The notes: a model not told the origin generated them from the letters alone. A stretch of 64,000 nt of DNA from Coleofasciculus chthonoplastes F2-STO-03 (GCA_040222015.1 JAVJWO010000040.1:32001-96000); one strand, 5' to 3'; shown: positions 1 to 11,472, counted from the stretch's first letter. Translations and numbers: made by a program.

Positions 1-83
1 AAAAATGGTTATGGATCAGGGAGTTGGCTGCTGTTGTGCGATCGCGCATCTACTAACTGACCTTTTGGTTATATCATAATTAA

Positions 84-241
84 CCTTCGTTTTCACGGTA
101 TGTGGCACAAAGAAAGTATGTTTTGTGTGGAAGAGTGGGAGATGGTGTAGGGGCGGGTTTCACTACTATCTTGTCGGTTGCACCCTTTCTTTCACTAAAC
201 CCGCCCCGATGCAAGTGTCTAGGTTTCCCGTGAAAAGTCAG
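84..241. mobile_element. MITE-like element (CTGACTTTTCAC...GTGAAAAGTCAG family) containing a GTAGGGGCGGGTTT...AAACCCGCCCC hairpin
   Basis: Right end GTGAAAAGTCAG at ~230-241, degenerate left end, imperfect flanking repeat CATAATTAA/CACAATTAA; same architecture as 24686-24927. Confidence 0.5.
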
Positions 242-476
242 CACAATTAACCCAAGTCCTTCAATTGACTCAAGTCTGATTGGGGCATTAGGCTAGACGT
301 AGCCGGATGCTAGAAACAGGTAGATAAGTCTAGAGATTAGTAACAGTTAGCACAGAGAGAGTAAAAACCGCGATCGCGTTTTGGTTCAACGGCATTGGTT
401 CACTTTAAAACACGAGGATATGTTGATTAATGAGTGAGTATATTTTAGCACAAATTTAAGCCATCCAACAAGAATT

Positions 477-3400
477 TTACTCAATTGGAAAACTGGGAAT
501 TAATTGATCAATCTCTTCCATGAGTTCCATGGTTTTCTTGAGAGCAACCACGACTTTTTGATAGTGCAATAGTTCATCAAAGGATAAGGTACGTTTGGCT
601 TTATTGCGGTCTTTCAGCCATTTGCTTAAGACTTGATAACCACCAATCTTAAATTCCCACACATCGGGAGCGATGCCTTCAAAATAGCGGGTTTTGTTGA
701 TGTAAACTCGCTGTTCTTTGGGTTTGTAGGTGACTTCGGTAACAGCATTGTCACCATCGCCGCCTATTTTGGTAATTAGGTTGTTGAGTTTATTAGATTT
801 CATCAGGTGCAGATCGACTAATTCTTGACCTTTTGCCCCTAAGTCTTTGAAGAGTTTATCGTTGCTGGTTAAGGGGACACGGGGAAAGTCGATTTTGAGG
901 AATTCGGCATAGCGTTGGCGATAGGTGGGGCTGTGGAAAATAGCGTAGATATAGTAAAAAATGGCTTCTGGAGTGGGGATGTAGCCAAGTTTTTCTCTAA
1001 TGGCGGCAATGAAGTCTGAAGAGAAATTAGGAGATTTTTCAATAAATAAATTACCTTGATTGTTTTGAGTATCAGGATAAATATATAAAGGAGCAACATA
1101 AGCATTATCCGCAGAGGATAAAATTGTTTTGTCTACTAATCCCTGAGCTACTAAAAAATTAGAAACTACTTGCTCACGACTATTACGTATGAAACACATA
1201 GCAACATTATCACCAGCCAGTAAGTGGCTCATAACCTCTGGGCGAGGCATACAGATTAAGCCACGAGAAGTACCAGTATAGTATGTAAATCGAGTATCGA
1301 AGGGACGATAGGAGATTTGATGTATTCTTGATACATCTAGTTTAGATGACCGCACATCTTTTTGGGCTAGACTTATTTTCCAATCACGAGAGTCATTTCC
1401 CAAGCTATATTTTTTTCTTGCTGCTTCTTCTTCTAAATTAATAAAATCTCTTAATGTTTTTTCGACGTTATTTTTTTTCCAATGTATTGCGAAATCATCT
1501 CTTGCCGAGTACAAACCTACAGAGTTTACAGGCATTACTTCATTGATTTTCCACTCGCTTTCATACTCTGCCTCTGAATCAACCTTCATGGGTACAAAGC
1601 GGTATTCTGGTGAACGTGGGTTAATCGCTTCCCAGTTCACAGTTTCTATACTATTAATTGACAGCCAATAGTATTTGCCGCCAGATATTTTTTGTTTGCC
1701 ATTATCTTTTCCAATAACTTCACAAACACCCCATAAATCTGCATGATATACATCCGCTATTTTAGCGTTATTAAAATTTCTTTTTTTGACAAAAAATCCA
1801 ATTGCTACGCCTGGTTTAATCTCAAAAACGTTTTCATCTTTTGAACCATCAGGATTAATCTCAGGAGGTTTAGATCTTCCGTGTAAATCAAGAATATAAA
1901 TTTCATCAAAGGTCTGCATTAAATTTTGACGCATTCCCCGAAAAGTAGAATTCTTTAAGTATCCATGATTAGTGATGAAGGCTAATATACCGTAACCTGT
2001 TGTTTCAATTCGCCATTGAGCAAAGCGTATAAATTTCACATAATCATCTTGTAAACCTTTTGGATTTTTTTCTCTTAAATCTTTGTTGTCAACCTTGTAG
2101 TAGTCTCGCACTAGACCACTTATCCATTTTCCTGTGTTTAATGATTCATAAGAGTAAGGAGGATTGCCTAACACCACCATTACAGGTGCATCTTGCTTCA
2201 CCGTCGCGGCTTCATTGGCTTCCTGCGCCACAAACTGACCAAATAAAATCTCTGACTTTTTCAGTGCCTCATCCAGTGTATTGGTTAAATAAATCCCTAA
2301 TCGCTGTTTCCCCTTAAATTGATACCCCAATTCTTGCAGTGCCAACCCTAGCTTAAGGTGAGCAATTGCATAAGGTGCCATCAATAACTCAAAGCCAAAC
2401 AAGCGATTCAACAAGTTATCTTCCACATAGCTATCCCACTGGTTCGCCATGCCAATGTCTTCCAGATTGCGATAAATATGCTTAATTACCTCATACAAAA
2501 ACGTACCCGTACCCGTTGCCGGATCAAGAATTTGCACTCTCGGCTTCTGGGTTTTTGGATCTTTGGCATTATCGGCTAAACCTAACGGCAAATCAAACCG
2601 TTCTTTGAGAATCGCATCAACGGAACGGACAATAAACGACACCACAGGTTCCGGTGTGTAATAAACCCCGCGACTCTTTCGCAAGGCTTTATTATACGCC
2701 GCCAGAAATGTCTCGTAAAAATGCACAACTGGATCATCTTGGCGAGTGCGCTGCCCAAAATTTTCGAGAATGCTACCCATATCTACTTGAGCCAGCAATT
2801 GCACTAGATCATCAATTGCCCAATCAATCTGACTCACCGCATCAGTTTCCACAATCGTATTAAATAAGCGCTTTAAAAATGGATTTGTTGCCGGAATATA
2901 AGTGCCAGCCGTGCGACGGGTAAACCCCTCACCGCCTGGATTTTGGGCATGACCGACTCGTGCCGCAAATAGCCCATAAGATATCGTCTGAGCATACATA
3001 TCGGCAAAGTCAGGATCAGTTAATTGGGGGAGTAATACTTCACTAAATCCCTGCTTTAATTGATGTAATTCTCCCTGATTTACTTCCTGGCTCAGAGCCG
3101 TTAGAGTTGCCAACCGAATTGCCTTAGTTAACCTTGCCATCTGTTGGGCTAAGTTTTCAGGATTGCTGATAATCTCCCCTGTATAGTTGAGAAACTGCTC
3201 CAACAGGGCGGCAATCTTTTCCGTAGAGACGCGCCATGGCGCGTCTCTACAATTGTCGTTAATATCGGCTAATACCTGCTTCAGTCGGCGCTTCCCATTG
3301 ACATACCAGCGAAACTCTAGATAGTTGGTTAACACCAGATTGGGGAACGATTCGAGATAGCGCTGCAATTGCTCTGTTTTTTCAATCGAATTGAGATCTA

Positions 3401-3623
3401 ATCCAACATCTTTAGCTTCCACATAACCCACCAGCAAGTCTCGCCGCTTTACCGTAAAATCGGGAATCCCGGCTTTGTTGCCTTTTTCTTCGATAACGGC
3501 ATCAATTCCATTAGCCGGATCATCCAGTAAGGCTTTTAAGGCGGGGTAATGGCTGCGTTCACTTCCTTTTTGTCGGTTTTTTTGGATGGATTTCAGATAA
3601 GACTCAAAGGAGACAGAGGGCAT
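477..3623 (-). CDS. Type IIG/ISP-like single-chain restriction-modification enzyme (N6-adenine MTase with N-terminal nuclease and C-terminal specificity region)
   Basis: 1048 aa; PD...EAK nuclease motif (IPDF..YVEAK), GVYYTP, motif I LDPATGTGTF, motif IV GNPPY, C-terminal IGGYQVLSKWLKDR. Confidence 0.85.
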   Translation of the reverse strand: MPSVSFESYLKSIQKNRQKGSERSHYPALKALLDDPANGIDAVIEEKGNKAGIPDFTVKRRDLLVGYVEAKDVGLDLNSIEKTEQLQRYLESFPNLVLTNYLEFRWYVNGKRRLKQVLADINDNCRDAPWRVSTEKIAALLEQFLNYTGEIISNPENLAQQMARLTKAIRLATLTALSQEVNQGELHQLKQGFSEVLLPQLTDPDFADMYAQTISYGLFAARVGHAQNPGGEGFTRRTAGTYIPATNPFLKRLFNTIVETDAVSQIDWAIDDLVQLLAQVDMGSILENFGQRTRQDDPVVHFYETFLAAYNKALRKSRGVYYTPEPVVSFIVRSVDAILKERFDLPLGLADNAKDPKTQKPRVQILDPATGTGTFLYEVIKHIYRNLEDIGMANQWDSYVEDNLLNRLFGFELLMAPYAIAHLKLGLALQELGYQFKGKQRLGIYLTNTLDEALKKSEILFGQFVAQEANEAATVKQDAPVMVVLGNPPYSYESLNTGKWISGLVRDYYKVDNKDLREKNPKGLQDDYVKFIRFAQWRIETTGYGILAFITNHGYLKNSTFRGMRQNLMQTFDEIYILDLHGRSKPPEINPDGSKDENVFEIKPGVAIGFFVKKRNFNNAKIADVYHADLWGVCEVIGKDNGKQKISGGKYYWLSINSIETVNWEAINPRSPEYRFVPMKVDSEAEYESEWKINEVMPVNSVGLYSARDDFAIHWKKNNVEKTLRDFINLEEEAARKKYSLGNDSRDWKISLAQKDVRSSKLDVSRIHQISYRPFDTRFTYYTGTSRGLICMPRPEVMSHLLAGDNVAMCFIRNSREQVVSNFLVAQGLVDKTILSSADNAYVAPLYIYPDTQNNQGNLFIEKSPNFSSDFIAAIREKLGYIPTPEAIFYYIYAIFHSPTYRQRYAEFLKIDFPRVPLTSNDKLFKDLGAKGQELVDLHLMKSNKLNNLITKIGGDGDNAVTEVTYKPKEQRVYINKTRYFEGIAPDVWEFKIGGYQVLSKWLKDRNKAKRTLSFDELLHYQKVVVALKKTMELMEEIDQLIPSFPIE
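3223..3250. repeat. 28-bp perfect REP-like palindrome GTAGAGACGCGCCATGGCGCGTCTCTAC inside the RM ORF
   Basis: Read directly; related copies at ~24857, 28738, 31015, 38427, 52042. Confidence 0.9.
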
Positions 3624-3640
3624 GGTACTTTAATGTTAGT

Positions 3641-4258
3641 ATGATGGGTAAAATTTTGTATAGATGCGCTAGGGTAAGTCTTTCATACATCGTAGATTAT
3701 GTAGAGACGCAGCAGGCTAAGTCTATCATCAGTGACATGAAGCAAGTTACAGTTTATCTCAACCACGGAAAACACTGTACCGGAAGCTCGGATAACGGCA
3801 GAACCACCACCGAGAACCATATCTTGTATCCCGGTGATATGTGTATTGTTGATCCTGCCCATTCAAACAAACACAAATACAGAGGTAGAATTGGCAGACT
3901 CGATGGAACCCAACGCAAAGGAATTCCCCGACTTTGTTTCACCGACAAAAAAGGCGGGTATGGTTACATTAATCCCGTTGATCTCTCTCCGCTCCCCGCC
4001 AATCTCCCCGCCATAACCAGCATCAAATCATCGTCCCAAAAACCACATCCCACCTTTCCGGTAGACTTACCGCCAAAAGTTCCCGGCGATAAAGACAGTC
4101 TACAACGCGCCATCTGTCTCCTGGGAAATCGCACTAAATCAGAACTGAAACAGAAACAGCAAACCGAATTAAGAGAACTGATTGGCACCTATCCCAACCC
4201 CCAGAGAGCCGCCGACTGGAAGAAAGGATTAAAGCAAGTGGTTAAACAGTCGGATTGA
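3641..4258 (+). CDS. hypothetical protein (start may be ATG at 3737)
   Basis: 205-aa ORF divergent from the RM gene; no family recognised. Confidence 0.5.
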   Translation: MMGKILYRCARVSLSYIVDYVETQQAKSIISDMKQVTVYLNHGKHCTGSSDNGRTTTENHILYPGDMCIVDPAHSNKHKYRGRIGRLDGTQRKGIPRLCFTDKKGGYGYINPVDLSPLPANLPAITSIKSSSQKPHPTFPVDLPPKVPGDKDSLQRAICLLGNRTKSELKQKQQTELRELIGTYPNPQRAADWKKGLKQVVKQSD

Positions 4259-4551
4259 GAGAGATGAGGATAGTATTATTGGGTACTTAACAAGCTATTT
4301 TGTTTCGCTAACCCCATCTAAATCAAAGATTCTAGATAGGGACTGCGCTCAACTTTCGTTCAAAACTTAATCTCAATGCCCTGAAATCCCCTGTAGACGG
4401 CAACTACACCCAATAATTACGGTTCTGCCCACTGATAAAGTTCATCATACAGAGGTAAAGTGTGAGTAGAAAGTACATAAAAATTTACAAATAAGGGTAA
4501 ATCGTTTACCCCTTCAGCTAATCATAAACCGCTCGGCAAAGGAAACCAACC

Positions 4552-7035
4552 ATGTTTGAACATTTTACAGACAGAGCTATCAAATCCATTATGCTCGCCC
4601 AGGAGGAAGCCCGTCGCTTGGGACATAACCTTGTGGGAACTGAGCAAATTCTCTTGGGGTTGCTGCGAGAAGGAACCAGTGTGGCGGCGATTGTCCTGAA
4701 AGATATGGATGTCACCCTGGAATCAACCCGGAAGGTGGTTGAAAAAATTATTGGTCGCGGTTCAGGCTTCGTTCCAGCGGAAATTCCCTTCACTCCCAAA
4801 GCCAAACGCCTGTTTGAGCAATCCTTTAAAGAAGCTCGACAACTGGGGCATAATTATATTGGTCCAGAGCATTTGTTACTCGCCATTCTGCAAGACAGCG
4901 ACAGCGTTGCGGGTAAAGTGTTGCAAAGTTTAGGTGTCAACCCCTCCACCGCCCGCACCAAGCTGATTCAAGCCATTGGTGAAGTGGCGGCGGCTGCAAC
5001 CGCTAGAGGACCCGGTACTTCAATGATGGGTCGCACATCAAAGTCTGCGACTCTGGAAGAATTTGGCAGGAATCTCACCCAGTTAGCCGCAGAGGGTAAG
5101 TTAGACCCTGTGGTGGGTCGTGTCAAGGAAATCGAACGGATTATTCAGATTTTAGGACGCCGAACCAAGAATAATCCCGTATTATTGGGAGAACCGGGCG
5201 TTGGCAAAACCGCGATCGCAGAAGGATTGGCGCAACGGATTTCCGATAGTCAGGTGCCAGAACTGTTGGAAAATAAGCAGGTGATCAGCCTGGATATCGG
5301 CTCACTGATTTCCGGGACTCGTTTCCGGGGTGACTTCGAGGAACGCATCAAGCAGATTATGCAGGAAGTACGTGAATCGGGGAATATTATCCTGGTGATT
5401 GACGAACTTCATACCTTAGTCGGTGCTGGGGCGATAGAAGGCGGATTAGATGCGGCGAATATCCTCAAACCGGCTTTATCGCGAGGCGAACTCCAGTGTG
5501 TCGGGGCGACGACGTTGGATGAATATCGCAAGCATATTGAGCGTGACGCCGCCTTAGAACGCCGTTTCCAACCAATTATGGTGGGTGAACCCTCGGTTGA
5601 GGAAACCATTGAAATTTTGCAGGGGTTGCGGGATGCTTATGAGCAGCATCACCGGGTAGAAATCTCTGATCATGCGTTAGATGCAGCGGCGAAACTGTCA
5701 GATCGTTATATCAGCGATCGCTTCTTACCGGATAAAGCCATTGACTTGATTGATGAAGCTGGAAGCCGGGTGCATCTGATTCATTGTCAGCCCTCTCCAG
5801 CCACGCGAGACATCAAGCGTCAAATGCGTCAGGTGACCAAAGAAAAAGAAGAAGCCGTTCGTCTCCAGGACTTTGAGAAAGCCGCCCAATTGCGCGATCG
5901 CGAACATGAACTGGAAACTCAGCTTCAGGCGATTCTGCAAGAGGAAACCGATGAAGATAGCCCAATGCAGACACCTCTGGTGAATGAGGAAGATATTGCC
6001 CACATTGTCTCCTCTTGGACAGGTGTACCGGTCAACAAGCTAACCGAATCCGAATCAGCCCTGCTGCTACATATAGAAGATACCTTGCACCAACGCTTAA
6101 TTGGTCAAGAAGAAGCCGTTACAGCCGTCTCCAAAGCGATTCGGCGGGCGCGGGTGGGGTTAAAAGACCCGAATCGACCCATTGCTAGCTTTATCTTCTC
6201 TGGACCCACGGGAGTGGGTAAGACGGAACTGGCGAAAGCATTAGCGGCTTATTTCTTCGGGTCAGAAGAGGCGATGATTCGCTTGGATATGTCCGAATAC
6301 ATGGACCCACACACCGTCTCTAAGCTAATCGGTTCGCCTCCCGGATTTGTTGGCTACGACGAAGGCGGTCAACTCACAGAAGCCGTCCGGCGTCAACCCT
6401 ACACGGTACTCCTATTTGACGAAATTGAAAAAGCCCACCCCGATGTCTTCAATAGCCTCTTACAACTGTTGGATGATGGTCGGTTGACGGATGCTAAGGG
6501 TCGTACCGTAGACTTCAAGAACACTCTGATTATCATGACCTCGAACATCGGTTCGCGGGTAATTGAAAAAGGTGGCGGTGGTTTCGGATTTGAAGATTCA
6601 GACAATCTGGCTGAGTCCCAATACAACCGGATTCGCAGCCGAGTGAACGATGAACTCAAGAACTATTTCCGTCCAGAGTTCCTCAATCGCCTTGACGATA
6701 TTATCGTCTTCCGTCAGTTAAACCGAGATGAGATTAAGCAAATTACGGATCTCCTGTTGGTGGAAGTGTCAACGCGCTTAATGGAACAAGGAATTATCCT
6801 AGAAGTGACCGAACGGTTCAAAGAGCGTTTAGTCGAAGAAGGGTATGATCCCAGTTACGGGGCGCGACCGTTACGTCGGACGATTATGCGGCTATTAGAA
6901 GATAGTTTAGCCGAAGCGATGTTAGCGAGTCAGATCCTTGAAGGAGAAACCGCTGTGGTTGATGTGAATGAGAAGGGTGAAGTGACGGTGATACCCGGTG
7001 AATCGCCAGCGCGATTGCTACAACCGGTTGGTTAG
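4552..7035 (+). CDS. clpC: ATP-dependent Clp protease ATP-binding subunit ClpC (paralog)
   Basis: Clp-N repeats ([11 protein letters not shown]), two Walker A motifs ([16 protein letters not shown]), UVR coiled coil, GARPLRR. Confidence 0.95.
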   Translation: MFEHFTDRAIKSIMLAQEEARRLGHNLVGTEQILLGLLREGTSVAAIVLKDMDVTLESTRKVVEKIIGRGSGFVPAEIPFTPKAKRLFEQSFKEARQLGHNYIGPEHLLLAILQDSDSVAGKVLQSLGVNPSTARTKLIQAIGEVAAAATARGPGTSMMGRTSKSATLEEFGRNLTQLAAEGKLDPVVGRVKEIERIIQILGRRTKNNPVLLGEPGVGKTAIAEGLAQRISDSQVPELLENKQVISLDIGSLISGTRFRGDFEERIKQIMQEVRESGNIILVIDELHTLVGAGAIEGGLDAANILKPALSRGELQCVGATTLDEYRKHIERDAALERRFQPIMVGEPSVEETIEILQGLRDAYEQHHRVEISDHALDAAAKLSDRYISDRFLPDKAIDLIDEAGSRVHLIHCQPSPATRDIKRQMRQVTKEKEEAVRLQDFEKAAQLRDREHELETQLQAILQEETDEDSPMQTPLVNEEDIAHIVSSWTGVPVNKLTESESALLLHIEDTLHQRLIGQEEAVTAVSKAIRRARVGLKDPNRPIASFIFSGPTGVGKTELAKALAAYFFGSEEAMIRLDMSEYMDPHTVSKLIGSPPGFVGYDEGGQLTEAVRRQPYTVLLFDEIEKAHPDVFNSLLQLLDDGRLTDAKGRTVDFKNTLIIMTSNIGSRVIEKGGGGFGFEDSDNLAESQYNRIRSRVNDELKNYFRPEFLNRLDDIIVFRQLNRDEIKQITDLLLVEVSTRLMEQGIILEVTERFKERLVEEGYDPSYGARPLRRTIMRLLEDSLAEAMLASQILEGETAVVDVNEKGEVTVIPGESPARLLQPVG

Positions 7036-7344
7036 AATTTAGCAACCTCTTTCAGATGTAGCATGTAATTTGTTCTAGACGTAGCATGCTACGTCTTTTT
7101 TTTACGACCAAAACCACCGAATTAGCCACATCACCAAAGCCGCAACAAAGGCGACTGTTGATACCAACTTGCAGTCAAAGAGGTAATCTGTCATGCTGAG
7201 CGAAAGGCACTGTAGCGAAGCATCTGGACTGATTCTGACGCTCGTTCCTGGCGATAGCTTCGCTCTCATAAGACATAAGACGAATGACAAATGATACTAC
7301 TCATCCCCCTATAATTGAGTAAAATCAAGAGCAACGTAGCCCAA

Positions 7345-8784
7345 ATGAGTGCAACAAATAGCGCTAAAAAAATAAAATTCGGTACAGATGGCTGGCGGGG
7401 AATCATCGCTGATGATTTTACCTTCGCCAATGTCTGTAAGGTAACTCGTGCGATCGCACGTTATCTGGATACAGCCTACGGCAAAGACCGCCCGGTATTA
7501 GTCGCTTATGATACTCGCTTCCTGGCTGATGAGTTTGCCCGCACTGCAGCTGAGGTTTTGGCAGACTTGGGCTGGACGGTGAAAATTGTCAACCGGGATT
7601 GTCCGACGCCAGTGATTGCCTATCAAGCGCGTCAACTCAACTCAGCCGGGGCGCTGATGTTTACAGCCTCCCATAACCCCGCTGCCTATTGCGGGATTAA
7701 ATATATTCCGGATTATGCCGGTCCTGCTACCCCGGAAATTACGGATACCATCGTTGCCAATATTGCTGGGGCAGATGATGCCATGCCAAGTGGTAAGTCG
7801 GGTGATAAAATTTCTACCTTTGATCCAAAACCGGATTATTTACAGTTTATTTACACGCTACTAGATGTAGAACGGATTCGGCGGGCGCAACTTAACGTAA
7901 AATACGATGCCCTCTATTCCACCTCTCGCGGTTATTTAGATGATGTCCTAGAATACTGTGGCTGTCAGACTGAGGCATTCAACACCACCCGTGATGTCTT
8001 ATTTGGTGGCGGAATGCCTGAACCGAAAGGCGAGTATCTGGTGGGGTTAAGAGAAGCCGTGACGCGAGATAATGCGGATTTAGGTCTAGCCACCGATGGG
8101 GATAGCGATCGCTTTGGTATCGTAGATGAGCAGGGGACTGTGTTAACGCCCAATACGGTGCTATTGTTACTGGCACGTCACCTGATTAAGAACAAAGGTA
8201 AAAAAGGTGCGATCGTCCGTACTGTTGCCACAACTCACCTATTGGACAACTTTGCCCTGAAAAATGGTCTAGAAACTTACGAGACAGCCGTCGGGTTTAA
8301 ATACATCGGTCAGAAAATGCGGGAAACCGAGGTGCTGATTGGGGGTGAAGAATCTGGGGGATTGAGCATTATTGGGCATATTCCCGAAAAAGATGGTATT
8401 TTAGCCAATATGCTGGTGGCTGAAGCCATTGCCTACGAAGGTAAACCCCTAAGTCAGTTAGTCGAAGAAGCGATCAAAGAAGCCGATGGTCCAGTTTACA
8501 ACCAGCGCCTGGACTTGCATTTAAACGAGGCTCACAAAGCCGCCGTTTTAGACACTTGCACCAAAAATCCCCCTAAAGAAGTGGCTGGGATTAAGGTTAA
8601 AGAAGTCGGGCGCAAAGACGGGATTAAACTCTATTTATCAGAAGGAAGTTGGGTGCTACTACGTCCCTCAGGTACAGAACCTTTGATGCGGGTGTATATG
8701 GAAGCGGATTCTCCCGAAAAGCAAAATCAAATTGCTGAGGCGATGAAGCAGATGATTCAAAAGATGGAACCTGCAACAGTATAA
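7345..8784 (+). CDS. phosphoglucomutase/phosphomannomutase family protein
   Basis: FGTDGWRG, TASHNP catalytic Ser, DGDSDR metal loop, GEESGG, RPSGTEP. Confidence 0.93.
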   Translation: MSATNSAKKIKFGTDGWRGIIADDFTFANVCKVTRAIARYLDTAYGKDRPVLVAYDTRFLADEFARTAAEVLADLGWTVKIVNRDCPTPVIAYQARQLNSAGALMFTASHNPAAYCGIKYIPDYAGPATPEITDTIVANIAGADDAMPSGKSGDKISTFDPKPDYLQFIYTLLDVERIRRAQLNVKYDALYSTSRGYLDDVLEYCGCQTEAFNTTRDVLFGGGMPEPKGEYLVGLREAVTRDNADLGLATDGDSDRFGIVDEQGTVLTPNTVLLLLARHLIKNKGKKGAIVRTVATTHLLDNFALKNGLETYETAVGFKYIGQKMRETEVLIGGEESGGLSIIGHIPEKDGILANMLVAEAIAYEGKPLSQLVEEAIKEADGPVYNQRLDLHLNEAHKAAVLDTCTKNPPKEVAGIKVKEVGRKDGIKLYLSEGSWVLLRPSGTEPLMRVYMEADSPEKQNQIAEAMKQMIQKMEPATV

Positions 8785-8806
8785 CTAAGGCTTGCTGAAT
8801 CACGGT

Positions 8807-8836
8807 TGTAGAGACGTTGCATGCAACGTCTCTACA
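8807..8836. repeat. REP-like palindrome TGTAGAGACGTTGCATGCAACGTCTCTACA (possible terminator role)
   Basis: 30-bp perfect palindrome just after the PGM stop. Confidence 0.8.
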
Positions 8837-8967
8837 CAGTGGGCGGTAGAAAGATATTCAATGCGCGAGTTTTAATCCCTGATAGGGATTCAGGGGAATT
8901 CCCCGTTAGAAGCGGTCAAACAGAGCCTAAATACACTATACTGCATCCACTGCCCTGAAGATTGAGC

Positions 8968-9195
8968 ATGAAAGCCTTAACTAATCTACTCACATCTCTA
9001 ATTGTCGCCGCGTGGATTGCTGCAATTGCTATCCTATCGGTACAAAATGCCACACTCGTCTCCCTAAGATTTCTCAACGTTGAATCTATTAAACTCCCTG
9101 TGGGAATTGTTTTGGCGTTGAGTGTGGGAATAGGATTGATTGTTGGGGCAATTATTCCGTGGGTATGGCAGATAGAAAGCAGAAGGCAGCAATAG
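8968..9195 (+). CDS. LapA/DUF1049-like small membrane protein
   Basis: Two TM segments, SVQNATLVSLRFL...LPVGIVL pattern. Confidence 0.75.
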   Translation: MKALTNLLTSLIVAAWIAAIAILSVQNATLVSLRFLNVESIKLPVGIVLALSVGIGLIVGAIIPWVWQIESRRQQ

Positions 9196-9351
9196 TGGAT
9201 TAGGGATTTGATTTTGGCGGGAACCTTCGCCCCAATACAAGTTTTCTTTAATTAAAAAGTCAAAAGTCAAAAGCATGTCCGAAGTATCTACAGGAACTGC
9301 CAGGGATAAAATTCGTTGTGATTTAATATCCAGATGCAACACACAACCATA

Positions 9352-9389
9352 GGGAATCCCCAACGCTTTCAGCCGGGGGAGGATGTCAA
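9352..9389 (+). mobile_element. IS200/IS605 right-end remnant
   Basis: GAATCCCC..CTTTCAGCCGGGGGAGGATGTCAA hairpin ending in TCAA, typical of cyanobacterial tnpB element right ends. Confidence 0.6.
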
Positions 9390-10018
9390 TGTCCCAACTG
9401 CTGCCTCAAGTCGCGAATAGCTGCGCTGGTATTGCGTTGATAGGCAATTTCTAAACATCGCGCCACTATCTGTGATAAATTCACATCTGGGAAATATTGA
9501 CTTTGCGATGCGATGCCATACTCATCACCCTGAAGTTGGTAAATCAACAGGTGTTGATTCCGAAATAACCAGACTTCCGGGACTCGATAGGGGAGATAAT
9601 CCTGCACATCGGAATAGCTGGTAATGTCAATTTCCAACACCAAATCCGGCGGTGGGTCGTTGCACCAATCAATTCGTTCCTTACCCGAAACGGTTTGCCA
9701 ATGATCAATGTAAAAGCAATAATCCGGCTCAATCCCACTTTCTTCTGGAAGTTGCATCGTTACTGGCGTAAACGAATCATACTCGCACCCGGTCGAATCA
9801 AGGAGCACCTTAATAATGTCCGCAATTAGACTGACATCTCTACCATGCTTGGGCAATGGCGACATAAGCAACACTTCTCCCGAACGATATTTGAGTCGAG
9901 GAATGGAATCATCTCCCCGCTGCTCACACAACGTTTGATACTCCTGCCAGGTAGCAGGCGATCTCACTACAGTTCCGGCTGAAAGATAAAGTTTTTCGGG
10001 CGAAATGACGGTAATCAT
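9386..10018 (-). CDS. Uma2/DUF820 family PD-(D/E)XK endonuclease-like protein
   Basis: TWQEY, MSPLPKH, IEPDYCFY, PPDLVLEID, VPEVW. Confidence 0.9.
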   Translation of the reverse strand: MITVISPEKLYLSAGTVVRSPATWQEYQTLCEQRGDDSIPRLKYRSGEVLLMSPLPKHGRDVSLIADIIKVLLDSTGCEYDSFTPVTMQLPEESGIEPDYCFYIDHWQTVSGKERIDWCNDPPPDLVLEIDITSYSDVQDYLPYRVPEVWLFRNQHLLIYQLQGDEYGIASQSQYFPDVNLSQIVARCLEIAYQRNTSAAIRDLRQQLGH

Positions 10019-10087
10019 ATCTTCATCCCCATATCCTTACTACCCCTGCTTTTCAGCTTAAGTTGACACCAATGGTTGTGCGATCGC

Positions 10088-10159
10088 CCCCATCTTCCCC
10101 ATCTTCCCCATCTTCCCCATCTTCCCCATCTTCCCCATCTTCCCCATCTTCCCCATCTT
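10088..10159. repeat. tandem repeat (CCCCATCTT)x8
   Basis: Read directly; downstream of the aminotransferase stop. Confidence 0.95.
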
Positions 10160-10161
10160 TC

Positions 10162-11373
10162 CTACCCCCCTCCAGACGCTACAGGTTCGGCTTGATAGCG
10201 AATCCCCGCTTGCTTCAGACGTCGCAACACCTCAGCCAAGCGATCGCACTCCGCAATCAAACTCACCCGCACATAGCCTTCACCGCCGACACCAAAGGCA
10301 TTTCCTGGCGTTACCACCACACCCGTTTGCTGGAGAACATCCAGAGCGAAATCCGTTGAATTTTGACCCGGTGGACAAGGAACCCACAAATACATCGTCG
10401 CCTTTGACTTGGGAATCCGCCACCCCAATTCAGCTAACCCTTGAATCAAAAAATCTCGGCGGCGACAGTAACGTTCTTGCACCTGATACACATAACTATC
10501 GGGTAAGTTTAATGCCGTTTCTGCGGCGGTTTGTAATACGGCAAAAATCCCGTAATCTAAATTCGTTTTTAACGTCCGTAATCCTTGAATAATATGGCGA
10601 TTTCCGACAACAAATCCAACCCGCCACCCTGCCATATTATAGGTTTTTGATAAAGTATGAAATTCTACGCCAATCTCCTTTGCACCCGGAATTTCTAATA
10701 AACTCGTGGGTTGATAGCCATCAAATGCTAGTTCGGCGTAACATAAATCATGCACCAACAGAATTGAGTAACGACGCGCAAAAGCCACAATTTCTTCAAA
10801 AAACTCACGGGGAGCCGTCGCTGTTGTTGGATTATTCGGATAGTTAAAATAGAGAATCTTTGCCCGTTGCGCCACATCCTCAGGAATAGCGGCTAAATCA
10901 ATCAGCCAATCATTTTCCGGCTTAAGGATCATGCTATGAATTTCAGCCCCAGCAATCAAGGGACCTCGGAAATGAGCCGGATACGCCGGACTCGGAACTA
11001 ATACCAAATCCCCTGGATTGACGTAAGCTAGAGCAAGGTGAGTCAATCCTTCTTTAGAACCCAACAGGGGTAGGGCTTCGCTATCGGGATCGAGAGTAAC
11101 TTGATAGCGGCGGTGATACCAACTGGTAATCCCATGGCGAAAATTTGCCGTTCCTTCAAACGGGGGATAGCCGTGATTAATCGGATAATTCAGGGCGTTG
11201 ATGGCTGCTTCAATCACTGGTGCAGGTGCTGAACCGTCAGGATTCCCCATGCCTAAATCAATTAAATCCAACCCTTGCTCACGGGCACGGGCTTTGAGTT
11301 CATCCAAACGAGCAAACACATAGGGGGGCAAGGCACTTAAGCGCTTGGCTGGGGTAATCCAATCTAAGTTCAT
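10162..11373 (-). CDS. class I/II PLP aminotransferase (aspartate/LL-diaminopimelate aminotransferase-like)
   Basis: DLGMGNPD, NYPNNPT, HDLCY, SKTYNMAGWRVG PLP-lysine motif. Confidence 0.9.
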   Translation of the reverse strand: MNLDWITPAKRLSALPPYVFARLDELKARAREQGLDLIDLGMGNPDGSAPAPVIEAAINALNYPINHGYPPFEGTANFRHGITSWYHRRYQVTLDPDSEALPLLGSKEGLTHLALAYVNPGDLVLVPSPAYPAHFRGPLIAGAEIHSMILKPENDWLIDLAAIPEDVAQRAKILYFNYPNNPTTATAPREFFEEIVAFARRYSILLVHDLCYAELAFDGYQPTSLLEIPGAKEIGVEFHTLSKTYNMAGWRVGFVVGNRHIIQGLRTLKTNLDYGIFAVLQTAAETALNLPDSYVYQVQERYCRRRDFLIQGLAELGWRIPKSKATMYLWVPCPPGQNSTDFALDVLQQTGVVVTPGNAFGVGGEGYVRVSLIAECDRLAEVLRRLKQAGIRYQAEPVASGGG

Positions 11374-11472
11374 TTAAAAATGCAGCGTTCCTCAACTAGA
11401 AAATTATATCGGCATTGCCGGAAAATCGCTGAAGTCGGTGGGAAAATTTAAAGTCGGGCAGTGGAGAGCATT

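Noticed and set aside
10063..10359. Short ORFs with SSP, SFVICHL or PQL repeats (also 11461, 14061, 40162)
   Set aside because: Translations of tandem STRR repeats; no evidence of coding function
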